Sequence record: NC_042307.1
Source of the DNA: a phage
Length of the DNA stretch: 64,000 nt
Direction: 5' to 3' (one strand)
The stretch's first letter is position 1; every line of letters starts with the position of its first letter. Under the pieces are notes generated by a model. The model was not told the DNA's origin and did no database searches. It was given only the letters and a program-made list of their open reading frames with translations. This document shows positions 28,017-38,050 of this stretch, one piece after another. Made by a program: the position numbers and the translations under genes.

Positions 28017-28891
28017 TGAGTAAATCCTGGGGAAAATTTATTGAAGAGGAAGAAGCTGAGCTGGCTTCTCGTCGCAACCTAATGATTGTTGATGGAACTA
28101 ACTTAGGCTTCCGCTTCAAACATAATAATAGTAAGAAACCCTTCGCTTCAAGTTATGTTTCTACAATTCAATCTCTCGCAAAATCCTACTCAGCTAGAAC
28201 TACAATCGTTCTTGGTGATAAAGGAAAGTCTGTATTCCGTTTAGAGCACCTTCCTGATTATAAGGGCAACCGTGATGAAAAGTATGCTCAACGTACAGAA
28301 GAAGAGAAAGCACTAGATGAACAGTTCTTTGAGTATCTTCGTGATGCTTTCGAGTTGTGTGAAACCACATTCCCAACTTTCACTATTCGTGGTGTAGAAG
28401 CAGACGATATGGCAGCTTATATTGTTAAGCTCATAGGGCATTTATATGATCATGTTTGGTTGATTTCTACCGATGGTGACTGGGATACTCTATTAACTGA
28501 TCGAGTTTCTCGCTTCTCCTTCACCACACGTCGTGAGTACCATCTTCGTGATATGTATGAACATCATAACGTTGACGATGTAGATCAGTTTATCTCTCTG
28601 AAAGCAATTATGGGAGATCTTGGTGATAACATCCGTGGTGTTGAAGGCATCGGTGCAAAACGTGGTTATAATATTATCCGTGAATTTGGTAATGTTCTGG
28701 ATATTATTGATCAGCTCCCTCTGCCTGGGAAACAGAAATATATGCAGAATCTAAATGCATCGGAGGAGTTGCTTTTCCGAAATCTGATTCTGGTTGATTT
28801 ACCGACCTATTGTGTAGATGCTATTGCTGCTGTGGGTCAAGACGTATTAAATAAGTTTACGAAAGATATTTTGGAGATCGCGGGACAATGA
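28016..28891 (+). CDS. 5'-3' exonuclease / flap endonuclease (T5 D15-like)
   Basis: 291 aa; N-terminal NLMIVDGTNLGFRF and C-terminal H3TH region AIMGDLGDNIRGVEGIGAKRG; closely matches my recollection of T5 exonuclease. Confidence 0.9.
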   Translation: MSKSWGKFIEEEEAELASRRNLMIVDGTNLGFRFKHNNSKKPFASSYVSTIQSLAKSYSARTTIVLGDKGKSVFRLEHLPDYKGNRDEKYAQRTEEEKALDEQFFEYLRDAFELCETTFPTFTIRGVEADDMAAYIVKLIGHLYDHVWLISTDGDWDTLLTDRVSRFSFTTRREYHLRDMYEHHNVDDVDQFISLKAIMGDLGDNIRGVEGIGAKRGYNIIREFGNVLDIIDQLPLPGKQKYMQNLNASEELLFRNLILVDLPTYCVDAIAAVGQDVLNKFTKDILEIAGQ

Positions 28892-29334
28892 TTAAAATTA
28901 AACTAACTCATCCAGATTGCATGCCAAAGATTGGTTCTAATGATGCCGCAGGTATGGATCTGCGTGCATTCTTTGGTACTAACCTTGCAGCAGATTTACG
29001 TGCTATTGCACCAGGCAAATCCCTTATGATTGACACCGGTGTCGCGGTGGAAATTCCGCGAGGTTGGTTTGGTTTGGTAGTTCCTCGCAGCTCTTTAGGT
29101 AAGCGTAAACTGATGATCGCAAATACCGCAGGAGTGATCGACTCAGACTACCGTGGTACTATTAAGATGAACCTGTTTAACTACGGTTCTGAAATGCAAA
29201 CTCTGGAGAATTTCGAGAGACTTTGTCAGCTAGTGATACTACCATACTACTCAACACATCATTTTGAAATCGTTGACGAACTAGAGGAGACTGATCGTGG
29301 AGAAGGCGGCTTTGGAAGCTCAGGAAGTAAGTAA
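28888..29334 (+). CDS. dut: dUTP diphosphatase
   Basis: 148 aa; dUTPase motifs AAGMDLRA, RSSLG, GVIDSDYRG, RGEGGFGSSG. Confidence 0.9.
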   Translation: MIKIKLTHPDCMPKIGSNDAAGMDLRAFFGTNLAADLRAIAPGKSLMIDTGVAVEIPRGWFGLVVPRSSLGKRKLMIANTAGVIDSDYRGTIKMNLFNYGSEMQTLENFERLCQLVILPYYSTHHFEIVDELEETDRGEGGFGSSGSK

Positions 29335-29586
29335 TTTTGTTGATCCTAATCAAATAGAGATTGATGCTAATCAACACCCTAATTTCTATGGTGTGATTGT
29401 AGCACCCCCCTACCCTTGATAAGGTAGTACTAAAAGTGGATATGTTTGGCAATATGGAGCAATGGAAAGAAGAAGGGTTTATTAAACTGTGTTCTTAGTC
29501 TCAAGATCCTACCCTTAGGGCTATGCTTGCCGTGTATAACTTAGGTATTATCGCAGGTAGTAAAGAGTAATAAAACCCCCCCCCCT

Positions 29587-29616
29587 CCAGTGGACAATCC
29601 ACTGGGGTTTTCTCTT
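29587..29616 (+). terminator. rho-independent terminator closing the plus-strand early operons
   Basis: ccagtgg-acaat-ccactgg followed by ggttttctcttattt; preceded by a C-run. Confidence 0.5.
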
Positions 29617-29782
29617 ATTTAGTAAGGAGTTGTTTTACTAATTCCTTTAGTTTAGTAATCTTTTGTACTGAGAGGGTGCAAAACGAACCTCTTGCATTTT
29701 GTGTTTTCATATGTACATAAGAACAGCCTAAGAATCAGCGAACTGTTAATACAGTAGAACATGCATTGCGTTGCTAGGATAA

Positions 29783-29962
29783 TCAAAATTCAGGCTTGTT
29801 TCGCAGCAATATTTTTTCAGTGGCAAGTTGCTCCTGGAATGCTGTACGCTGTTGATCAAACGACTGAGCAGAGATCGCGCCAGCGATGGTACTAGTGCTA
29901 GAGGTGATCGCAGTGTTCAGCTCTGCAAAACCCTGGACAGACGCCAATAGGTTTTGAGTATT
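29783..29962 (-). other. in-frame coding-like continuation beyond the TAG (59 codons to TGA at 29783-29785), no start codon
   Basis: Same frame as upstream ORF; translation NTQNLLASVQGFAELNTAITSSTSTIAGAISAQSFDQQRTAFQEQLATEKILLRNKPEF with coding-like codon usage. Confidence 0.5.
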
Positions 29963-30292
29963 CTATTGGGTAATAGCGTTCAGGTTCATTGCGCCTGTGT
30001 TAGCGATTGCCAGATTGGTTGCACCCTGACCCTGTACAACAGTTAGGCCCAGATTGTTCAGTCCGCTCTGAATGGATTCGATATCGCTTACCAGTGAAGT
30101 AGTCAGCATGTTTGCAGCAGTACCAGCAACGGAAACCGCGCCATCCACACCACCAACGCCAACACCACGACCACCCACACCATTACCTAACCAGGAATCA
30201 ATCAGCGCACCACTAAAAGCAGCGATACCAGGCATAGCACCGTCACCACCGAGACCGCCCATGTTGGTCGGTAAAAGAGTCCTGTCAGACAT
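29963..30292 (-). CDS. Gly-rich hypothetical protein ending at an in-frame TAG (amber) codon
   Basis: ATG at 30290-30292 with AGGAG RBS 8 nt upstream; MSDRTLLPTNMGGLGGDGAMPG...NLNAITQ then TAG at 29963-29965. Confidence 0.55.
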   Translation of the reverse strand: MSDRTLLPTNMGGLGGDGAMPGIAAFSGALIDSWLGNGVGGRGVGVGGVDGAVSVAGTAANMLTTSLVSDIESIQSGLNNLGLTVVQGQGATNLAIANTGAMNLNAITQ

Positions 30293-30412
30293 AGTAAACA
30301 CTCCTGAGAGTTGATTGTTAAACACATGTAACACGCACATTACGAGTTAAGCATAGTGCATAACAAAAAGTTTACCTGGCATCTGATGTAAAGTTTTGTA
30401 AAGTTAAAAGTG

Positions 30413-30444
30413 ATAAAAATACGCAGCCGAAGCCGCGTATTTTA
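30413..30444 (-). terminator. bidirectional-looking rho-independent terminator downstream of tail fiber gene
   Basis: Near-perfect 12-bp stem aaaauacgcagc/gccgcguauuuu with cgaa tetraloop, flanked by A-run and T-run. Confidence 0.6.
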
Positions 30445-30447
30445 GGA

Positions 30448-32715
30448 TTAAGGAAGGTCTTGATTTGGAGCGGGGTCTTCAGGTAGAGTGGTTGGTTTAT
30501 CTTCTAACAAAGACTCTAACTTACTGACACGGGCGCTTAGCACCTGGATAGCAGCAAGCGCATCCAGTAACAGCACGTTAGTATCAAGCGAAAGAATTGT
30601 ATTTCCCTCCTTGTCCTCGCTTGAGTGTGTGTATTCAGGGTCTATGGTTGCCGCTTGCTGTGCAATGATTCCACGACGTACCCGACGCTTTATATCATCT
30701 TTGAAGATAAACGTCACGAGCTCTAACTGATTGATGTTGTTTAACGCACTCTTACCGTCCCATGGCTCAACCTGTTCTTTATAATCAATGTCGCTTGTAG
30801 GATCCAGCGTTACTCGCCCAATACGAGTACTATCAATCCATACATCGACTCCCGGATTTTCCCACGAGAAAGAATAGCTATTTGCTTGGAAATTACCACC
30901 AATACCTCTACGGCAAATGACACCTGCCGAGGGTAAGAGAGTTGTTAAGCGAGTAGCATCGTAGGTATCTAAAACAGATCGTGCAGTTCCATCGTAAAAA
31001 TCTACACGAGCGGCGTACTGTGTCACCTGCCCCGCCCCATAACTCAACTCCATGTTACCGGACGCCTCTCCTGGCGCACCTGTGTTACGACTAATAATCA
31101 GGCTTCTAATATTAGACATTTCGCCAAAGTCGCTAAAAAGATACTCCCAGCTTTCACCGGACACTCGAGTAGGCTTAATGCAGGCATATGTGACGCTTCC
31201 TACTGTGTGGTTTACGTAAAAATCAGCAGTCGCCGTTCCGATACCATAGCCTTCTACAATTGATCGCCACGACCAACCCAAAATTTGACCTGTTGAGCCA
31301 GCAGGATAATAATGTTTAGTAGCAATCATGGCGGTCGCAGTGTCACCACCTTTGGACAGCGCCCCGATGTTGTTGCGAGCACCCTCTGCGTCCCAAGCTC
31401 CAGTGCCGCCCTGTCCTACTCCTAAAGGTTTAAATACATTACTAGTATCGTCATAGACACCCCAAGACCCTGTATCCATTACAACTAAGTTGTAGCGGTT
31501 TGTCGGGTCATAAATGCGGGAACTATCAGCGCTCTGTTTAAGACGATCCACACTTAGGTTTATACGAGCCTGTACCTTGTCACTTAAGTCTGCAAGGTTC
31601 TGATCCTTTAACAAAGATATGCTCAAAGTTTGTTCAGCTTTGTTTGCTGCGGTCTCAGCTCGAGTTGCGGAACTGGATGCTGCTACGGCTTGTTCTCCTG
31701 CGGTTGTAGCGCTTCCAGCCGCGGCTGTAGCCTGTTCTGTAGCCGTTACTGCCTTTTGTCCAGCTAAGGTGGCAGCGTCTTCCGCAGCTTGTTTTAACGG
31801 GGTGATTTCAGCAATTGCGTTTGCCTTAGCTGTGTCAATTGCTCCTACTGCGTCCGTCTTAGCTGCTCCAATCTCTGTCGCCGCACCTTCTTTAATGGTC
31901 TGAGTGTCCGCTTTAAGCTGTTCAACATCGGACTTAAGACCCTGTATTGTGGTCATAGCTTGCGTAGCTATGTTCGCGCTATCTGATGCACCTTGCTGAG
32001 CTAGCTTAGCAGCGTCTTCACTAGCTTTTGAGTTAATTTCGCTAGTCTTTGTATTAGTTTCTGAGTTTTTTGCTGCTAATGCTGATGTGGAGGCTTGTGC
32101 AGCGAATGCTTCTGCTTCATCCCTGAATCCTTTGGAGTCAGAAGCAGAGGCAGCGGAATCAGCAGCATTAGTCTCGCTAGTTTTTGCTGCTGCTGCATAT
32201 GCTGCTGCATTAGTCTCGCTAGTTTTTGCGTTAGTCTCACTAGTTTTTGCATTAGTCTCACTAGTTTTTGCTGCAGCTGATGATTCTAGAGCGTTAGTTT
32301 CACTAGTTTTTGCTGCAGCTGATGATTCTGCAGCTTTAGTAGCGGACGCAGCAGATTGAGAAGCAGAAATAGCAGAGGCATCGGCACTATCTTTAGATAA
32401 ACCAGCTTGTCTCTCCGCTTCAGTAGCAGAAGTAGCAGATTGAGTTGCAGAAGCTTCTGAAGAGTTAGCATAATTTGCAGATAGGTTCTCAGAGTCCTTA
32501 GCATTTATTTCAGATTCTTTTGCTGCAATTTCAGAATCTTTTGCAGCCGCAGCAGACTTAGCTGCTGCCTCAATAGAAGATACTAACTCACTTGCAGTAA
32601 TAGAGCTAATAGAATTACCTAGAGTTACTGTATATCTAGGAAACTTACTAGCAGTAGCTTTAGTATCGTCAATATTTAATATCTGTTGTACAATAATTTT
32701 AGTAGTTACTGACAT
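30448..32715 (-). CDS. L-shaped tail fibre protein with C-terminal intramolecular chaperone (peptidase S74-like) domain
   Basis: 755 aa; Ala/Ser/Thr-rich N-terminal repeats (AKTSETNA); C-terminal SDIDYKEQVEP...RGIIAQQAATIDPEYT...KLESLLEDK matches the auto-cleaving chaperone domain of endosialidases and T5 pb1. Confidence 0.8.
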   Translation of the reverse strand: MSVTTKIIVQQILNIDDTKATASKFPRYTVTLGNSISSITASELVSSIEAAAKSAAAAKDSEIAAKESEINAKDSENLSANYANSSEASATQSATSATEAERQAGLSKDSADASAISASQSAASATKAAESSAAAKTSETNALESSAAAKTSETNAKTSETNAKTSETNAAAYAAAAKTSETNAADSAASASDSKGFRDEAEAFAAQASTSALAAKNSETNTKTSEINSKASEDAAKLAQQGASDSANIATQAMTTIQGLKSDVEQLKADTQTIKEGAATEIGAAKTDAVGAIDTAKANAIAEITPLKQAAEDAATLAGQKAVTATEQATAAAGSATTAGEQAVAASSSATRAETAANKAEQTLSISLLKDQNLADLSDKVQARINLSVDRLKQSADSSRIYDPTNRYNLVVMDTGSWGVYDDTSNVFKPLGVGQGGTGAWDAEGARNNIGALSKGGDTATAMIATKHYYPAGSTGQILGWSWRSIVEGYGIGTATADFYVNHTVGSVTYACIKPTRVSGESWEYLFSDFGEMSNIRSLIISRNTGAPGEASGNMELSYGAGQVTQYAARVDFYDGTARSVLDTYDATRLTTLLPSAGVICRRGIGGNFQANSYSFSWENPGVDVWIDSTRIGRVTLDPTSDIDYKEQVEPWDGKSALNNINQLELVTFIFKDDIKRRVRRGIIAQQAATIDPEYTHSSEDKEGNTILSLDTNVLLLDALAAIQVLSARVSKLESLLEDKPTTLPEDPAPNQDLP
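32160..32330. repeat. imperfect tandem repeats of a ~24-nt unit (gcattagtctcgctagtttttgc) inside the tail fibre gene
   Basis: At least five copies visible between 32160 and 32330; encode AKTSETNA-type repeats on the minus strand. Confidence 0.7.
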
Positions 32716-33137
32716 TATTTAGTTACCCCATCACTGATAAATACTTTACCCTCCATTATACGAAAAGAGCTAATTGCAGATCCTATAACATCTCGTGTCA
32801 TAATTATATCATAGTATCCTGCAAAACGTTGGCGAGGATTATATTTATCTCTTTCTTTGGTGGCTTTTTCACCAATATTCTCTACCGCCTCTACGGGTAA
32901 ACTTATAGCTATAGCACCTTGAGCAGCATCAATAATTTTAGTAGTAAAAGATGCCAAAGTTTCCGCATTCTCGTCAAGCCCGGCCTTTATAGTACCCCTT
33001 AGGGAATACCCTGTTAAGTTAACAGGGGTATTTGTAGGTGGATAAGTACTATCATCAACATCTAAGAATTGCATCATTAGACCATAAGGTACTTTCTCAG
33101 CTATTACTAAGTCTATAACTCTATTTTCAGTACTCAT
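32715..33137 (-). CDS. small tail/baseplate protein (T5 p132-like by size and position)
   Basis: 140 aa, immediately downstream of pb4-like gene and upstream of tail fibre gene; start overlaps fibre stop. Confidence 0.45.
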   Translation of the reverse strand: MSTENRVIDLVIAEKVPYGLMMQFLDVDDSTYPPTNTPVNLTGYSLRGTIKAGLDENAETLASFTTKIIDAAQGAIAISLPVEAVENIGEKATKERDKYNPRQRFAGYYDIIMTRDVIGSAISSFRIMEGKVFISDGVTK

Positions 33138-33143
33138 TATTTA

Positions 33144-35216
33144 TTACCTTATATGGATATACCCACTATTTAGGTCTATCTTCATCTTGTAGTATGCCTC
33201 AGGGTTTCCTGATAATGCAGCATTCCTATCATAAATGATGTTAACACCGATCTGAGATAAGAAAGCATTTCCTGCTACAATTTTATCTGCCGTCACCGTT
33301 CCATTAACAATCATGTTTCCGTGGAGAACCATTGCTGGACTAACCCAACCGGAACCATTCCACTGACGAGTAAATGCGGATTGCGGAGCATTACTATTAA
33401 ACTCAGTCAATACATCATATCTAACAGGAGGACTACCAAAGTTATTCTGGAAGAAGGCGTTAGCTTGTCCATCATCCCAGCCTCCAAGACCAGGAATACC
33501 TAAGGAGTACATTCCAGGACCACGTTGTCCATCATGTCCTATAGTACCTTCAGTACCACTCCACTGAACTACATCTGACCAGCTAGTACCCTCTAATAAT
33601 CTATTAGTAACTGGATCAAGTGTACCAGTAGTCGCATAGATATTTTGAGTCATATCTGTACGATTAGGTGGAGTTTTTGACCAACCAGGAGGTGGATAAT
33701 CTTGTTCTAGTGGTTTAGCTGGTAGAGATGTTGCTAACTTATAAACAAATACTGTCTGTTTACCTTGTAATCCAGTTCCAATATCTACGTCACCATTTGG
33801 TGTTCCAATGACTACACCACTAGAGATACGCAAAGTAGTACCATCATAACGTATCCATTGTGTAGCATTACCAATGTCTAATTTAGCTTTGGCAGAGGTA
33901 TTATCCATACCCATCCAAATACCAGAGTTATTATCCCCCCAAGATTTACCTTGAGTGTAGATTGCTGGATTATCCTTACCAGATAAATTAGTCATGATAA
34001 AATTCGCAGCATTAATATCTCTAGTAATTACTTTACCATCAACGTTAACAACACGGTTTATAGGGTCAAAAGAAATAGGTGCTTTTCCTTCTTCATCTAG
34101 CAGACCAATGTTAATAGCACCAGTAGCTGCGTCGATTAAGAATGTCTGTCTCCAGATTTCTCCATCTTTCATGCTGCCCTTAATAAAGGCATAATTAACA
34201 TCAATACCCGTCTCATTGACAAAGCTGTTGTCTAGAGGAGTATCTTCATTCAATATAAATGTTACAGGAGCTGATTCTGTTATATCTTGCTTATTTGGTC
34301 CCCAGGCAATTGATGATACCTTAAAAGTATGCTCAACTTTCCATGGGAATGATATAATCGTTGCAGCTCTAGCAGCACCAACGTTTATCTTTTGAGCTTT
34401 AGCCCAGCCAGTCTTAGCGTATTCTTCAGAGTTTATATAAGTAACCAGAAATTCACGGACATTAGCACCAGCACCACGTTCCCAGTCCCACTCTATTCTA
34501 ACATCATATCGTTCCTTACCATCTGCGATTCGTGCAGCTTTAAAGGCAATGTTAGTAGGTGCAGTAGGTGGTACGAAATTATAAGCTACAGTGAAAACGC
34601 TAGGATATTCATAATAGCCAGATGAGTCAACTGTAACACCATCTGGCATCGTAACTTGACCAGATATTCTGATCTTATAGTCGCCAACAGGAACACCACC
34701 AAATTTGATAGTAGGTCCCAGCGCGCCTATATAATACTTAACCCATTCACTATCTTCTGATGCAGTACTTTTTAATTCAATAGTGCAGTAACTAGCTTCA
34801 CCAGTAGTATCTACAACAACTATTGGAGCACCAACACCTACGTCGACGGGCTCTGATTCAGATCTTGCTGCAACAATTGTTGGCTTTTCTTTTGTCTTAA
34901 AGTTAGTTTCATTAGAGAGGTTGATACCAATTTTTGCATTTAAAAGCTCTGAGTCAATAATTGAGTCATAGAAAGCCCCCTGAATCTCATAGGAAGTAGA
35001 GGGGGTTAGATTATTAATCATTACGAAGAAAGTATCTATACCGGTGTAATCACGTCTATCTATACTTTCTCCTATTTTTAACCAAAAAGATCTACCAATA
35101 ACATCATAATCAGTATAAATGGAGTGCTGGACATAAGCCAAAGTATATCCAGTCATTATACTATTTAAGACCATTTTGGCTGGTGCATTATTTGAAATCA
35201 TTAAATGGATGCCCAC
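33144..35216 (-). CDS. baseplate/central fibre protein (T5 pb4-like)
   Basis: 690 aa between hub-like and collar-like genes; assignment by synteny and size. Confidence 0.5.
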   Translation of the reverse strand: MGIHLMISNNAPAKMVLNSIMTGYTLAYVQHSIYTDYDVIGRSFWLKIGESIDRRDYTGIDTFFVMINNLTPSTSYEIQGAFYDSIIDSELLNAKIGINLSNETNFKTKEKPTIVAARSESEPVDVGVGAPIVVVDTTGEASYCTIELKSTASEDSEWVKYYIGALGPTIKFGGVPVGDYKIRISGQVTMPDGVTVDSSGYYEYPSVFTVAYNFVPPTAPTNIAFKAARIADGKERYDVRIEWDWERGAGANVREFLVTYINSEEYAKTGWAKAQKINVGAARAATIISFPWKVEHTFKVSSIAWGPNKQDITESAPVTFILNEDTPLDNSFVNETGIDVNYAFIKGSMKDGEIWRQTFLIDAATGAINIGLLDEEGKAPISFDPINRVVNVDGKVITRDINAANFIMTNLSGKDNPAIYTQGKSWGDNNSGIWMGMDNTSAKAKLDIGNATQWIRYDGTTLRISSGVVIGTPNGDVDIGTGLQGKQTVFVYKLATSLPAKPLEQDYPPPGWSKTPPNRTDMTQNIYATTGTLDPVTNRLLEGTSWSDVVQWSGTEGTIGHDGQRGPGMYSLGIPGLGGWDDGQANAFFQNNFGSPPVRYDVLTEFNSNAPQSAFTRQWNGSGWVSPAMVLHGNMIVNGTVTADKIVAGNAFLSQIGVNIIYDRNAALSGNPEAYYKMKIDLNSGYIHIR

Positions 35217-38050
35217 TCCACAGACTGTTCTCCATCATCCCCTTCAGCTCTAATACGAAAATACAATTTTCTATTTATACCTAGAGCACCGCTGTTCTGG
35301 AGAGCAAAATCTGCCTTATTATATGTTAATAAATAGTCATAAGTATACTGATTTTCAATACGTACACTTCTTAACATCCTATTTTGCGAATCGTGTATTT
35401 CAAGGGTATAAAATATACTCTCTATTATATCTTCTTCAGGTATTCTATCCCAGGCTAGTTTCACATCTGGGCCAACAAACTCAGTTACATCTCCAGAGGC
35501 AGTATTAGTTACTCTAAAATTAGATACTACGCTTAGGTTTTTAGCAGAGTTAAGTTCTATAGATAATGTTACTGGAGAACTTCTTCTACCATTAATATCT
35601 ACTGCCCTTATTTCAAATATTGCTAAACCTGCAGGCTCTCCAATTATCTCTTGGATCATGCGTTCATTGGGATTTGTTTCTAGTTGCTGCACAATATAAG
35701 GTTCAGCATGACCGGAATGCACGATAGAGTAATAAACTACGTTATTAGTTAAGCTTGGAAGCCAAGATAACTCACCATTTTTTCCTATAGAACCTACTAA
35801 ACCGCCAGGAGTAGGGGTATACTTAAAGTCTCTAGGAGGAAGGACATTGTTACTAATATCAGGAATATCATTACCGCTATTATCAACCTGCTCAGAGTTG
35901 ATGAACACATCCTCTCCATACTCTTGTAGGGTAACATTTATCTTTCCTTCCCTAGAGTTTTCCACTTCGTCTACTAGGAAGTACTTCTTATCCCATCCGT
36001 AACGGTCGTATGTAAATGCAATAGCATCATTAGGCTCAATACCGATGAATTGATATGGCAATGAGAAAGAAAGTGTTCTTGAGTATCTAGATTTCTTAAG
36101 TTCCCTATCAGCAAAACTTCTTGCAGTATAATAATTAGTAATATTAGCAAAAGATAGTTGTAGTTTTTTATCCAGGTTCTTGTCTTGTTCCTTATACTTG
36201 GAGTTATAGAATGTAATGGCATTAGTTTTCCAACTAAGGGCAGGATCCACAATAGATGCTTGAACTGAGTTGAATTTATTTCTACCAGTAGTATCAGATA
36301 GCTCCAAATCACCGTAAGTATCTAGAAAATTAATCTCTAATGGAGTATTAGAGTATTTTTCTACAGTAACCCTATACTGGCCAGATAAATTGTTAATAGC
36401 CCCACCATAGGACTCTAACAAACCTTGCACATTTTTAAATACTGATTCAGATGTATCCAGAATAGTATTCATTTGTACTATTTGTCTATTTTCTGCTAGT
36501 GGATCAGTCCACCCAACGTATCTCCAATATGGCTGCCAAGATACCTGATAGGATTCATCTATAATATCTAAAATAGCTGCTTCCTGTATTAGTTGCTGAA
36601 GGGGGAACTGATCAATGGTAATATTAGCGCCGTATCTATCAGAGGTTAAGTAATCAAGTGTTTGCCAAATACCATTTAAACTAGTACTATTAGCAGTTAC
36701 TCTACCATCAGAATGATAGACTTTTACTTTTTTACCTTGAATTTCAGCACTAACTTCAGGAATCTCAGTCCTATTTTCATTAATAGTGAAGCGCACCACT
36801 GCGTATGCAGTATCTAGTAGTTTATACCTAGCATCCCAGTACTCCGGTCCATTGCCATTCATATTCTGGAGGTAGAACCCACGTTCTTTAGCTATATCTA
36901 CTAGTACTTCAGAAGCCGTTTGATCAGATTTTCCATGATACGTCCAAATTCTTATGTCCCCGTTACCATCATTATACTTATATTCCTGACCGTGCATGGA
37001 AGGGCTACTAGAGGGTGTCCCTGATGCTATTCTTTGCATGGTGTCCCCAGCCACTTTTTTAACACCAAAGCAGGTTCTGGAAGAACTATCATTATCATTC
37101 ATACAAATCATAGGGTTATCGCCAAAGGAAAAATCAAGAAAACCGTCTATCTCCCCTTCAGCAAAAGCATATACTACATAAACTATATTAGGATTATGTA
37201 GTTCTGTATCCGCAAAAATAGGTATTCCTGGTATTTTCTGCACGCCATAAACTACTGGTATATATTTAGCAGCAAGATTAAAATCTATATCTACTTCCTT
37301 AGTAACAGTTTCATAGTACTTTTTAAGGCTGTAGCTTCTAGATAAGCCAAATAGTTTTTTCTTTGATTTTAGCTTATACCTTTCTTCCTGTACTTGGTAC
37401 TTTGCTAGTATAGATATACTTTTATTAGCATGAAAGAACCCATAATCTTCTTGGTACTCAGGTCTTTTAGCCCCATTAGATGGAACTAATTGTCCTGCTA
37501 CAACTTCAAGTCCCCTATGGGAAGCGTCATCAGTATATCTACCATTAACTCTATCAAAGTCATAGAATTGGTTAGAACAATTCCAGGTAATTGTAGAGGT
37601 TCCTACTCCAGAGGTACTAATGTTATCTTTAATACCACCACCAGTAATCCTCCCCCTAAAATATAGTAAAGGACCATTTGTATCTGGGTCTACTGGTAGA
37701 ATAGAACCATCTTCAGTAATAATAGCTTGATGGATTGATACTGTCCTGTCTAAAAAGGATACACCATTTTGTACTAGTTTTAGTACTTCATCCTGTGCTG
37801 TACCAGTAATAGTAAAAGATAGACTACCAATAGATAAATCTCTATTTTGTTTGTGTGAGCTAATAGACTTAACTTTACCTGCCTGGTATAGGATGCCATT
37901 ATATAGTACATCCCTAAAATAATCAGTTAAATAAATAAAAGCAGTACTAGTACCAGTAGAGCCAGGTAACTCTAGGGAAATTAGACTAGCAGTTTTTATT
38001 CTGCTATTATTTTTTAAGTAGTTTCTAGCACTATCTAGTATTTTTTTCAT
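35201..38050 (-). CDS. baseplate hub protein (T5 pb3-like)
   Basis: 949 aa, directly downstream of distal tail protein gene; assignment by synteny and size. Confidence 0.55.
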   Translation of the reverse strand: MKKILDSARNYLKNNSRIKTASLISLELPGSTGTSTAFIYLTDYFRDVLYNGILYQAGKVKSISSHKQNRDLSIGSLSFTITGTAQDEVLKLVQNGVSFLDRTVSIHQAIITEDGSILPVDPDTNGPLLYFRGRITGGGIKDNISTSGVGTSTITWNCSNQFYDFDRVNGRYTDDASHRGLEVVAGQLVPSNGAKRPEYQEDYGFFHANKSISILAKYQVQEERYKLKSKKKLFGLSRSYSLKKYYETVTKEVDIDFNLAAKYIPVVYGVQKIPGIPIFADTELHNPNIVYVVYAFAEGEIDGFLDFSFGDNPMICMNDNDSSSRTCFGVKKVAGDTMQRIASGTPSSSPSMHGQEYKYNDGNGDIRIWTYHGKSDQTASEVLVDIAKERGFYLQNMNGNGPEYWDARYKLLDTAYAVVRFTINENRTEIPEVSAEIQGKKVKVYHSDGRVTANSTSLNGIWQTLDYLTSDRYGANITIDQFPLQQLIQEAAILDIIDESYQVSWQPYWRYVGWTDPLAENRQIVQMNTILDTSESVFKNVQGLLESYGGAINNLSGQYRVTVEKYSNTPLEINFLDTYGDLELSDTTGRNKFNSVQASIVDPALSWKTNAITFYNSKYKEQDKNLDKKLQLSFANITNYYTARSFADRELKKSRYSRTLSFSLPYQFIGIEPNDAIAFTYDRYGWDKKYFLVDEVENSREGKINVTLQEYGEDVFINSEQVDNSGNDIPDISNNVLPPRDFKYTPTPGGLVGSIGKNGELSWLPSLTNNVVYYSIVHSGHAEPYIVQQLETNPNERMIQEIIGEPAGLAIFEIRAVDINGRRSSPVTLSIELNSAKNLSVVSNFRVTNTASGDVTEFVGPDVKLAWDRIPEEDIIESIFYTLEIHDSQNRMLRSVRIENQYTYDYLLTYNKADFALQNSGALGINRKLYFRIRAEGDDGEQSVEWASI

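Noticed and set aside
32076-32504. Several short ORFs on both strands within the tail-fibre repeat array (e.g. 32087..32359, 32286..32504)
   Set aside because: They arise from alternative frames of the 24-nt tandem repeats; low-complexity Leu/Ala runs.
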